Program-made: the position numbers and the translations under genes
NCBI RefSeq assembly: GCF_006345805.1
Contig: NW_021829588.1
Coordinates: 1 to 38,155 of the forward strand
Direction: 5' to 3'
DNA from: Octopus sinensis
Taxonomy: Eukaryota
Length of the DNA stretch: 38,155 bases
Part shown: one piece after another, positions 23,591 to 35,410 of the stretch
How the letters are laid out: each line of letters begins with the position of its first letter
How positions within the stretch are numbered: position 1 is the stretch's first letter
Notes under the pieces: generated by a model
The model's database searches: none
What the model was told of the DNA's origin: nothing
The model's input: only the letters and a program-made list of their open reading frames with translations

Positions 23591-24059
23591 AAAATAACGA
23601 AGAAGATAAATATATAGATATATGAATGAAAAAAGAAGAGAAAATGCAAGAATAATAAACATTTAAAAGAAGTAAATATGAAAAAAAAAATTTGGTGTTG
23701 AAAATGAAAGAGACTCGGAGAAAAGCACCTCCACACCCTGAAGATGAGGGAAAATAGAAATATATAGAATAAAAAAAAATAATAAAAGAAATAAGAGGGA
23801 AGACGATAAAACAAACGAAAAATAATAAAAGAAAATTCCGAACAGTTAATTCTTAGTCAAGCATTCATGCATGTCCAGCAAGAGAAGAAAAAGGAAAAGT
23901 AACACACATGCAAACACACACACACACACACATGCTCACACATACATACGCACACAGTCAGACAGCCTCCCAAACATACACATATACAGACGCACACATA
24001 CATACATACACACACATATAACACACGCATACATATATTGTTCGTGTATATATATAAGT

Positions 24060-24273
24060 AAGCAAATTTAGAGATATATGTATGCTTGTATATATGGTGT
24101 CATATGTGTGTGTTTGAGTATACATTTATGTATATATATATATGCATGTATATTTATGTTTAAATGTATGTATATATCATTATTCATATATGTATATATA
24201 TATATAATATATATATATATATATACATACACACGTATATTTATGTATTTAATATATATATATATCTATATAG

Positions 24274-24309
<36 letters not shown>

Positions 24310-25061
24310 GTATATATATATATATATATACATACACACGTATATTTATGTGTATATATATATTTATATATACATATAAATAAATATATATGCATATATA
24401 TGCGCGTTTGTGTATGTGTGAGTGTGTGTGGTGTGTGTGTGTGTGTGTGTGTGTGCATGTCTATGTACATTCGAAAGCAAAAGCAGCCATCTTTAACAAA
24501 GATACAACGGACATTTTGGAATTTATCTGAAGATAGTTGAAACGTAAATGGCAAAGGAAAAGTAAATAAAATAGAAGAAAAATGGGAAAAATAAAAGAGA
24601 AGAAGAATGGGGAGAAAGAAAGGAAAAAGGAAGACAAAAAGGTAAAGAAAGAAGGAGAAGAGAAAAATTGGGAAGCGGCTTTTATTGACTGGTTTTATTG
24701 GCCGGGACGGACAGGAAAATAATTTGGTTTGTAAGGGTCGGTTTGGAGAGGTGCAATATCACTCTGGTTCATAGGGACATACATACATACATACATACAT
24801 ACATACATACATTCATTCATACATACATACATACATACATACATACATACATCAAACATATGTACGTATGTAAGTTAGTATGCATGTATGTAAAAATTAA
24901 TATAAACTAGCTATGTTTATATATATATATATATGTATGTATATATTTATATATATATACACTATTTATATATGTACATATCTCTACATATATATGTATA
25001 TATACATTTATATATATAGATATACTATTTATATATGTACATATCTCTACATATATATATA

Positions 25062-25125
<64 letters not shown>

Positions 25126-25440
25126 AACATATATATATATATTTTTGTATATATGGATATGTATATATACATGCATATGTTTAGATAACTAAATTATGGG
25201 TATTTAAATATATACATATATGTGTGTGTATCTGTATATATGGATATGTATATATACATATATATATATATAGATAACTAAATAATGGGTATTTAAATAC
25301 ACACACACACACATATATGTATATCTATATATGTATATCTATATATAAATATACATATATAGATATATATATAAATTAGAAATATACGTATGTATGTTAT
25401 TATATACCCATATATATTTAAACACACGCATACATACCCA
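24060..25440. repeat. TA/CA-rich microsatellite fields with internal higher-order duplications
   Basis: Fields at ~24060-24450 and ~24775-25440; duplicated non-TA anchors with 63-bp and ~88-bp periods. Confidence 0.85.
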
Positions 25441-25997
25441 CATACATACATATATGTATGTATATAGTACTAAAAGAAAATACAGTCGCTCACACTCGCA
25501 CAAATGCGCAAATAGACACGTCTATAATAGGCATCCACACGTCTACCTATTTGCATACATCTGTCTATCTACATATACATACCCGAATTACACCCTTACA
25601 CACACATTGATAGGCATATACGCACACACATTACAAAGGCATTTACGACTTTTCAAACGAATGGTTTAGTACCATATTTACATAGAGCAGAGAACATAGT
25701 CACAGTTGATAAAGTGGCCGGATATAAAATCAATGTGCGGTGTAGTTACATTATGTTTCAGTTCTGAGTTCAAATCCCGCCTGTGAAATATTTGCTCCTT
25801 ATTCTCCCAACTTTTATAATTCAGAGGGACAATATTCAAATTTTATCTTGGAACCGTTTTTTAACGACAAATTAGGCATCATTGTCTCGACCACCATCTC
25901 GTCGTTTCTTTCCATTTCGTTTTAATTGCCAATCTCCTATTCTTAAGTATTCTATGATGGTCCTGAAGTAAAGTTACTCTTTACTCTCTCTCTCTCT

Positions 25998-26398
25998 CTT
26001 TTACTCTTTTACTTGTTTCAGTCATTTGACTGCGGCCATGCTGGAGCACCGCCATTAGTCGAGCATATCGACCCCGAAACTTATTCTTTGTAAGCCCAGT
26101 ACTTATTCTATCGGTCTCTTTTGCCGAACCGCTAAGTGACGGGGACGTAAACACACCAGCATTGGTTGTTAAGCAATGCTAGGGGGACAAACACAGACAT
26201 ACAAACACACACACACATACATATATACATATATACGACAGGCTTCTTTCAGTTTCCGTCTACCAAATCCACTCACGAGGCATTGGTCGGCCCGGGACTA
26301 TAGCAGAAGACACTTGCCCAAGATGCCACGCAGTGGGACTGAACCCGGAACCATGTGGTTGGTTAGCAAGCTGCTTACCACACAGCCACTCCTGCGCC
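25998..26398 (-). mobile_element. SINE family A copy, well preserved
   Basis: Minus strand ggcgcaggagtggctgtgtggtaagcagcttgctaaccaaccacatggttccgggttcagtcccactgcgtggcatcttgggcaagtg through the tail agtcaaatgactgaaacaagtaaaagag. Confidence 0.92.
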
Positions 26399-26639
26399 TA
26401 TCTACTTATTATAGTTTAGACAACTACGCAGTTATCTGAAATTCATGTTCGACTAACTTAATAAGCCCATTCTAAAGATGAATAGCCGGGGCACTAATCC
26501 GGAGTCCATATGGACATTTGAAGGCTCATATAAGATCTTTTGGGGTCCACGGATGCAATATAGTAAAGTGGAGGTCCATGGTAAATTTTGAGATACCATT
26601 TTGAGGAATTGAGTTTCAGACCAGTAAAGTTTATGTTAG

Positions 26640-26980
26640 AATGTTTATGTTAAATGTTTATCTCCGCGGAGATTGGGGAAATATTCTACGACGAGCCGCT
26701 GTTTTTCCGTATTTCGGGATCACATCAAAACCGAGCCAACCGGTGAGAGACCTGAGTGTAGACTAGGGAGAAGGGTCGAAAATGTCTATCGACTCAGTTG
26801 GTCACGCTTGGAGATCCAGCCAGATGATGTCACGATGGTTGCTTCTGATTGACCTGAATGTAAGAGGTGCCTGAGGATTGTATACACACACGAATCTCCA
26901 AGGAATAGTGGTCGAAGATGGATTGATGTGTATCTAAAGAAAGACAGGCGGAAAGATATATCAGTGCACGTGATCCAGAA
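26640..26980 (-). mobile_element. Possible decayed LINE ORF1-like fragment related to 21682-21719
   Basis: A 38-bp segment (26933-26970) is 36/38 identical to 21682-21719; the extent of the fragment is uncertain. Confidence 0.3.
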
Positions 26981-27204
26981 GCTTCAGTCAAGCGGAACAT
27001 TCAACTGAGACAAATACCAATCACTTCTGTATAACAAGAGATCTCAGAGAGTGCAAATCTTCGCAAAGGCAACACCAACGTCCTCTCAATGATGAGTCAG
27101 AGATGATTTTTAAAATGAGAATATCTAAAATAAAGTCGACTGCTCTCACATACGAGAATACTAAAAATGAAGCCGATCGCTCTCAAAAATTAAGTAAAAA
27201 AAAA

Positions 27205-27390
27205 AACCAGAATCCTTGTCCGGTACCAGATCGATCCCAAAATCTGATCAGTTGATGCCATTCACGAGGCCAAACATCCCTGAAAGGTTCATCCGAATCC
27301 ATCCAGCGGTTCCTGAGATATCTTGTCTATGGACAAACAAACAAACAAGACTGAAACAATACTTCCCGCCTTCGCTAAGGCAGAGGTAAT
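27205..27390 (+). mobile_element. Non-autonomous element resembling Helentron-associated (HINE-like) repeats
   Basis: gatcccaaaatctgatcagttg...ttcatccgaatccatccagcggttcctgagatatcttg, an (ACAA)n tract, and a subterminal hairpin gcctt-cgct-aaggc (27368-27381) followed by gaggtaat. The class assignment is from recall. Confidence 0.45.
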
Positions 27391-27507
27391 ACAGAGATGG
27401 AACTGCTGTGCAAAATCCCCAAGGAATACCGGTAAACATTTGATCCGTTGATTTTGCCAGTTCATCGCACATCAAGTAGAATAGCCAAACATTATAATAT
27501 GGTCTAA

Positions 27508-28101
27508 GGTGGCTAGCGGGCAGAATGGTTACAGCACGGGGCAATATGCTTAGCGGCATTGTGTCCGTCTGAGTTCAAATTGTACCGAAGTCTTTCATCC
27601 CATCAGGATCGATACAATAAGAACCAGCTGAGTTCTTGGGTCGATGTAATCGACTATCCCTCTTACCCAAATATCAGGCCTTCTTCCTAAAGTAGAAAAG
27701 CTGACTTGGGTGGCGAGATGGCAGAACCGTTAGCACATCAGGCGAAATGCTTAGCGGTATTTCGTCCGTCATTACGTTCTGAGTTCAAATTCTGCCGAGG
27801 TCGATTTTGCCATTCTTCCTTTCGGGGTGTATAAAATAAGTGCAATTTGAGCATGAAATCGATTAACCCGCTCCACTGAAATTGCTGGCCTTGTGCCAAA
27901 ATTTGAAACCAATAATGAAGCGGAAACCAGGCATAATCTTAGCACGCTGTGTAAAATCGTTAGCGGTATTTGGTCTGTCATTACTTTCTAAGATCAAATA
28001 TCCTCTCATCCTTTCGGGGTCGATAGAATAAGTTCCATTTGAGCAGCTTAACCCCACCTCCGAAATTGCTGGCCGTCAGCCAAAATTTGAAACCAATATT
28101 T
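27508..28101 (+). mobile_element. Three head-to-tail SINE family C copies enclosed by a 13-bp direct repeat
   Basis: Units at ~27508-27700, 27709-27914 and ~27918-28098; taatatggtctaa at 27495-27507 and 28102-28114. Confidence 0.85.
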
Positions 28102-29265
28102 TAATATGGTCTAATTTAGTTATCATCAAAAGTTGCGCCATCAGAGCTGCTTAGGTGCACTGTACATTTAAAAGAATATAATTAAAGATTTTAAAAAATT
28201 CCAATTAATGTTTGTGTATAATGAAAATCGTATTACTTATAATTTCGTTATACACAAATATCATTAATAAAGCAAGATAAATAACAGTTTTTTTCTGTAT
28301 GTTTTTCAATTTTTAATTTTCAAACATAGTTTTGTATAAATTTCCATGTGAAGTCCGTCAGTAATTTTTTGAATTATTTAATTTCCAGTACGTCAGTATA
28401 TTTTTATATTTAATTTCCTTGTATGGTCACAAAGTCAAACGATTGAGAATGATTATAAATGATTTAATGATCATTTTTAATTAATTATATATCTGATAAC
28501 GTTGTATTTGCATCTATCTCTTTCATTTTCAAATGTTAGAATTTTTTTGTTTTTCTATTTTTCCCTCACAACTTTTCATGGTTTAATGGTTTATAAAAGT
28601 TTAGATATATTCGCATAGACACTGTAAAAGCAATAATTTTTTGACGTCAAATTGTATTTGACGCATAAAATGGAAACAAAAAAAAATAGCTTACTCAGTG
28701 TTAACATATCGCCAGGAAGATTAATCTCAATAGATTGTACACTATAAATATGTACCGTATAACCTGGACGCTTCTATACCATTCTCCCATGGAGAAATTT
28801 TGTCGAACCGGAGAGCCCCACCCGCTCCGGAATTAGTAGCTATCTCACAGAATTTGGCCTCCTTTCTTTTATATTATTCTAAACCAGCTACATTAATTAT
28901 GATTTCTACAGACAGACAGACAGACGGGTTACAGTGCTTGGTTGTTTTTCGTTTCTTTTCTTTCTTCACGATCCATTTTTGCATCAAATTCCTATGTGTT
29001 TTATTCCCTTCCCGATTCGTTTCTTCTAGTTTCATGCTCCATGTTTTCTCACAGAGCCATGTCCTGGCTTTTAAATACATCTAATGGTATGCACTGGGCC
29101 TGAAACATTGCTTAGAGATATGTGGCATGTCACATAAATCTACCAATTTATTGTATCTCTGAAGCATGAAACTATTACTAGCTCTTTTGTATATTGTATG
29201 TATTAGCATAGCCACAGCCTATCGGCTGACATATGTCTTTTTGAGTGTGTATATATATGAGTGTA

Positions 29266-29368
<103 letters not shown>

Positions 29369-29513
29369 TTACGTATATATGTATGCATAATAATAATATT
29401 AGGAAATATGATTCCAAGCTGACACGGAAAAATTCAATTTAGTAATACTAAATCAAATTTCACAATATATAATGAATGTATATATAATATATGTATATGA
29501 ATGAGAGAAGAAC

Positions 29514-29614
29514 CTGGTACTTATTCTATGGACTCTTTTGCCGAACTGCTAGGTTACGAGGACATAAACATATCAACACCGGTTATCTATTGCAAGTGAC
29601 AAACATAGATACAA

Positions 29615-29615
<1 letters not shown>
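29514..29615 (-). mobile_element. SINE family A internal fragment
   Basis: tacttattctatggactcttttgccgaactgctaggttacgaggacataaac matches 26101-26152. Confidence 0.7.
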
Positions 29616-29676
<61 letters not shown>

Positions 29677-30022
29677 GGAGGTTCAATGGTCCAGTGGTTA
29701 GTGTAGCAAACACGCCGTTTCGATTCCCAGACCTGGCGTTGTGAGTGTTTATTGAACAAAAATACCTAAGGCTTAACAGGGTGGTGGCAAACCCTGCTGT
29801 ACTCTTTCTTCACACCTTTCTCTCACTCTTTCTTCTGTTGTACCTGTATTTTTAAAGGCCAACCTTGTTACACTCTGCGTCACACTCAACCTCCCCGAGA
29901 ACTCCGTTAACGGTATACATCTCTATGGAGTGCTCAGTCACTTTCACGTTAATTTCACGAGCAGGCTGTTCCGTTGATCGGATCAACTGGAACCCGCGTC
30001 GTCATAACCGACGGAGTGCCAC
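29677..30022 (+). mobile_element. SINE family B copy between (TA)n tracts
   Basis: Head ggaggttcaatggtccagtggttag...gtttcgattcccagacc and tail ggaacccgcgtcgtcataaccgacggagtgcc. Confidence 0.85.
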
Positions 30023-30162
30023 GTATATATATATATATATATATATATATTGTAAGTTCAGTTAAATTTAGATTCAGTTGAATACGGTACTTAAGTTAAA
30101 GGCACCAGAATTTAGTATGGTATTATCCATATAATTTAAATTGGGTGATTATATAAACTTTG

Positions 30163-30242
30163 ACAACGCCCGGTTTGTGAATCGAAGCCGCAGTCCTATA
30201 ACCGCGCGTCCGCTACCCTAACCACTGGGACATTGCACCTCC
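30163..30242 (-). mobile_element. SINE family B tRNA-like head fragment
   Basis: Minus strand ggaggtgcaatgtcccagtggttagggtagcggacgcgcgg...gcttcgattcac. Confidence 0.7.
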
Positions 30243-30349
30243 ACGATACGAAAATATAATCAAAGTAAGTTTAAAATTGCTCAACATCATCTCGAATAAT
30301 CAAGAATTATGTGGATGCGAACGGTATTTTATCTTCCAATCATTATCCT

Positions 30350-30430
30350 TTATCTCTTAGTTGCTTCAGCTATCAGAATGTGTCCATGCTGGAGCATCGC
30401 CTTGAAGAATTATAGTCACACACACACATA

Positions 30431-30478
<48 letters not shown>

Positions 30479-30552
30479 CGAAGGGATTCTTTCAGTATCC
30501 GTCTACGAAGTCTACTCACAAGGCTTTGGTGGACCCGTAGTTATAGTAGATG
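30350..30552 (-). mobile_element. Internally deleted, diverged SINE family A remnant
   Basis: ccatgctggagcatcgcc and tctttcagtatccgtctacgaagtctactcacaaggctttggt around a (CA)n tract. Confidence 0.6.
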
Positions 30553-31194
30553 AAGATGATGTTGCTGATAATGATTATGATGAAAGATGATGATGATGAT
30601 GATGATGATGATAAAAGTATGCAAATTTCCTAATACAGAACCTCTAAAATACTACTACTACTACAACTACTACTACTACTGCTACTACTACTACTACTAC
30701 TACTACTACTGATGATGATGATGATGATAATGATGATGATGATGAGGATGATGATGATGATGAGGAGGAGGAGGAGGATGCTGATGATGATGAAGTGTGA
30801 TGGCTATAGTTGGTATGCTTTGTGACCAGAAAGATGTGTTAGCCTGGGGCTAAACAAAAACAACAATAGTAAAAACGACAAGAGCAGCAACAACAACGCC
30901 AACAGCCGGAAATTCCGTGACAACCACCACGGTACGTTGACGCGATCAAATAAATGCTTGGTGATGTTAACTGCAGTAGTGTCAGGTTTCAAGTGAGATA
31001 GGGGGCAGCACCAGGCTCAGATTTGTCATGCACCTGTCAACCTTACCTGCAACGGGTGACATGGCTTGCAGAGGATTTTTCTCACATGTCATTCATTCCA
31101 AGAACCGAGATTCCTATCGCTACGTGTCCATTCCTCGCGCCACCACCATGAACACCGCCCACCCCACCCACTGCCATCGCCGCCGCCAATAATG

Positions 31195-31900
31195 TAGCAC
31201 CACCACAACCACCATTACCACTACCACAACCACCACCACCACCACTGCCTCCATCACCACCAGCACCACTGCCAACACCACCACTGCCAACACCACCACC
31301 GCCAACACCACCACCACCACCACCGCCACCGCCACAACCACCACTGCCTCCATCACCACAAGCACCACTGCCAACACCACCACCGCCAACACCACCACCA
31401 CCACCACCACCACCACCACCACCGCCACCGCCAAAACCACCACTGCCTCCATCACCACAAGCACCACTGCCAACACCACCACCGCCACCACCACCACCAC
31501 CACCACCACCGCCACCGCCACAACCACCACTGCCTCCATCACCACAAGCACCACTGCCAACACCACCACCGCCACCACCACCACCACCACCACCACCACC
31601 ACCACCACCACCACTGCCTCCATCACCACAAGCACCACAGCCAACACCACCACCGCCACCACCACCACCACCACCACCACCGCCACCGCCACAACCACCA
31701 CTGCCTCCATCACCACAAGCACCACTGCCAACACCACCACCGCCACCGCCACCACCACGACCACCACGACCGCCACCCCTACAACCACCACTGCCTCCAT
31801 CACTGCCACCACCACCACCGCCACCACCACCACCACCACCACCTCAACTACCACCTCCAACACCACCAACACCGCCACCACCACCACCATTACCACCACA
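31195..31900. repeat. ACC-based minisatellite, 7 units of 84-99 bp
   Basis: Anchor ctgcctccatcac at 31245, 31344, 31443, 31530, 31614, 31701 and 31791 (spacings 99, 99, 87, 84, 87, 90). Confidence 0.92.
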
Positions 31901-32044
31901 TCACAACCGTCAACATAATCACACATTGAAAAGCTGTCGTCACAATTTCTCTCCGAAAACCCCGACCATACCATCAACCCACACAGCTCCTCTCAGCACA
32001 AACTCATCTCTGCACCCCTCCTCTTTCTATTTCATTTGGTTATC

Positions 32045-32260
32045 CTCTTTCTTCTTCTTCTTCTTCTTCTTCTTCTTCTTCTTCTTCTTCTTCTTCTTCT
32101 TCTTCTTCTTCTCTTCTTCTCTTCTTCTTCTTCTTCTTTTTTCTTTTTCTCTTTTCTTCTTCCTCTTTTTACTTTTCTTCTTCTTCTTTTCTTCTTCTTC
32201 TTTTTTCTTCTCTTCTTCTTTTTCTTTTTCTTCTTTTCTTCTTCTTCCACACTTCTTCTC
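32045..32260. repeat. (CTT)n pyrimidine array
   Basis: Directly visible. Confidence 0.95.
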
Positions 32261-32581
32261 ACCTCCACAATAATCATCATCAATCATCTCAGCATAATCA
32301 TCATCATCACATAATCATTCTTCACCGCCGCCCCACACCACCACCACACCACCACCACCAACCCAACCACCACCACCAACCACCACCACCACCACCACCA
32401 CCATCATCATCAATCATCGTCGTCGTCGTCGTCGTTGTCATCATCAATGTCACCAGCATCAGACCGTAATCACCTTGCTGACATGAAATAGCACACAAAT
32501 ACCTCTGGAGGCGCCAAACCTAACCAGTAGCGGCGGCACCAGCACCTGCGTCACCACCACCACCACCACCACCACCAACAC

Positions 32582-32633
<52 letters not shown>

Positions 32634-34028
32634 CTGTAACATCATTCGTTGGTTTACCCCCGTTTATCTTAGAGTCAGCAATGTCGAAGTCACTACCACC
32701 AGTGGCACAACTGCCTCCTCCCCATCCATCAGCAGCAGCACCCCCCCCCCCACAGTGCCACCGAAGTAGCGTTAATAGAGATGTGCTTGGTGTCAGTGAT
32801 GTTGACATCACTGACACCACCGCTCCTGCAGCCATTTTCACTACCACCACAACCACCACCATTATCATCATCATCATAACCAACGCCACAGCGACCATCA
32901 TAATCATCATCATCAACACTACTACTATTATCATCCTCCTCCTCCACCTCATCGTCATTTCCACCACCGCCGCCGCCACCACCCACCACTACTATCGCCA
33001 TCAAGTTCATCATCATCATCATCATTCATCATCATCATCGTCTTCATGACTGTCATCGTTATCGTCATCGTTGATGAAAGAATCATTATATACTTGATCC
33101 TCCTTCCTCCCCACGTCCTGCTCTTCCTCCTCATCAGCAATATCACAACCGTCACCATCACCAGCACCAGCAGCACCACCAACAAGACTAAGAGCACCGC
33201 CAACACCACCAGCATCGCCAGCATCACCATTACCACACACACACACACACGCACACGCACATACTCACCATCATTCCCAGACACACTACTACTACCACCA
33301 TCAACCCCCACCACCGTGGCCGCCATCACCATTAACACCATCGCTGTTATCGTCTTTAACATCATCGATGCTGCAATCACCTGCGGTTAACATCGTGTCA
33401 GTAATGACAAACCCATCAGCACAACCGCCGCCGCCGCCACCACCACCACCATCAAGAGCAGCACTCGTCTGTTATATATGGCACCAATAGGTCTCATCCA
33501 TCATGACAACAACAACGACAACAATAACAACAATAACAACAACAGTAACTCAATTCTTTACTACTACAGCTATTAGTACCACCCAAACTGCAGATAGCTT
33601 CAAAGATGACGGAGTCTGTCTACAAACTCGTAGTGGTTTACCAGCACCAACACCACCACCAACAGCAGTATTCGTTTGACCAGTGCTTGAATTAGTAGTC
33701 GTATTCCTTGAAAAACGGAAGGACACGTTAGCTAACTTGGCATACATATTCGAGCAGAGCTGACGATGAGCTTTTATACATAGGCTTGATCCATCTAATC
33801 AGGGCCGACCATGAAGGAAAACTAAGATACAAACAGCGATGGAATTTTCACTTCACTAACGCCCGCTTCCTTTGCCGTCAGCAGTTATTCCCCTTTTGCA
33901 TTAAGGTATAAATTTCTCTTCCATAATTTATTATGACTAAATGTCTAGCAGACCGGCTTGATGATCTCATCCACCCCACCCTACCACTAATTTCTGAAGA
34001 ACCATCACTAAAAACGCTATCACTAAGA

Positions 34029-34409
34029 TGGAAGCACTCCGTCGGTTACGACGACGAGGGTTCCGGTTGATCCGATCAACGGAACAGCCTGCTCGTGAAA
34101 TTAACGTGTAAGTGGCTGAGCACTCCACAGACACGTGTACCCTTAACGTAGTTCTCTGGGATATTCAGCGTGACACAGAGAGTGACAAGGCCGGCCCTTT
34201 GAAATACAGGTACAACAGTAACAGGAAGTAAGAGTGAGAGAAAGTTGTGGTGAAAGAGTACAGCAGCGATCACCACCATCCCTGCCGGAGCCTCGTGGAG
34301 CATTAGGTGTTTTCGCTCAATAAACACTCACAACGCTCGGTCTGGGAATCGAAACCGCGATCCTACGACCGCGAGTCCGCTGCCCTAACTACTGGGCCAT
34401 TGCGCCTCC
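34029..34409 (-). mobile_element. SINE family B, full length, with 12-bp target-site duplication
   Basis: tRNA-like head ending at 34409; flanks ctatcactaaga (34017-34028) and ctatcaccaaga (34411-34422). Confidence 0.92.
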
Positions 34410-35299
34410 CCTATCACCAAGAACATCTGTACCATTACAAAAAATGCCAGCCATGCCTGTCTCTAATTTGTCGCTCAACGTGTTGGAAACTACAGTTGAA
34501 TTACAACAGATCACACCCAGTAATTCCGAAAATGAAGGACTGTTAGATAGAGCTCTTGTCCTAAATCTACAAAAGAACTTCAGGACGAAAACTGGAACGA
34601 TTTTATATAATATATCAGATGATTGGTTGTTCTGTCTCTTCATGAATTTTACAGCCGTAGCATTGCCACTAACGTTTGCAGATCATCTTTGGTTTAAAAA
34701 ATCGCAAACACTAAAGGAGCGCTCTGTGAAAAAGGTATAGTGAGCCACACGGACAATTTGACGGGTGCGGGAATGAAAACAATAATATATGTTTTCGTAA
34801 ATGCTTTCTCTACTCGCTATATTTCCCGCACCTTGTCAAACTTTATCTCTTCCCATCATGCTCTCAAACGATCTTTTTTTTTTCTCGTACGCTCCCTTCC
34901 TATCTTCCACTTTATTATTGCGGTTTTTGTTGCATATTGTTGTTATTTCTATTCAATTTTCTTCCAGTTGAGAATATTTCTGTTTGTGCTATCAGTAAAA
35001 TTATATCTTCTCATTGGCTTTCATTTCCTTTTCCCACTTCCATTTCACAAACTTCCGGTCGGTCGGTCGGCCATATTTGTTTTCAACGTTTTCAATGTTA
35101 CAGACATCATTTTCACTAATAACTTTCATAACATTGCCCCTCACAACGTCAACTCCATAAATTCATGTCACAATTTCTGTCAAGCGATGCACTAATTTTT
35201 AAATAATCTACCCCATTTCCTTTTTTCCAACTATTTATACGTACACATATATATATAAACAAACATACGTTCATATACGCTCACATATGCATAGGTGCA

Positions 35300-35361
35300 T
35301 ATGCGCACACCCTTACATTATATGTATGGGGATATACATACGTATGTATCTGTGAGTATGT

Positions 35362-35410
<49 letters not shown>

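Noticed and set aside
24520-24552. CTGAAGA...GAAACGTA hammerhead-like words
   Set aside because: The five intervening bases cannot form stem II and stem I does not pair; probably chance.
31041-31050. Strong minus-strand donor CAG|GTAAGG
   Set aside because: All three upstream frames stop before it and no good acceptor lies nearby, so no coding exon can be built.
32551-33747. Several D/G/V/M-rich ORFs and a GATG|GTGAGT donor-like site
   Set aside because: Degenerate trinucleotide sequence; frames are interrupted by stops and no coherent exon or domain emerges.
34740-35195. 151-aa F/I/L-rich ORF overlapping the previous stop by one base
   Set aside because: GTG start on a T-rich strand that is depleted of stop codons; operon-like coupling is not expected in this eukaryotic context.
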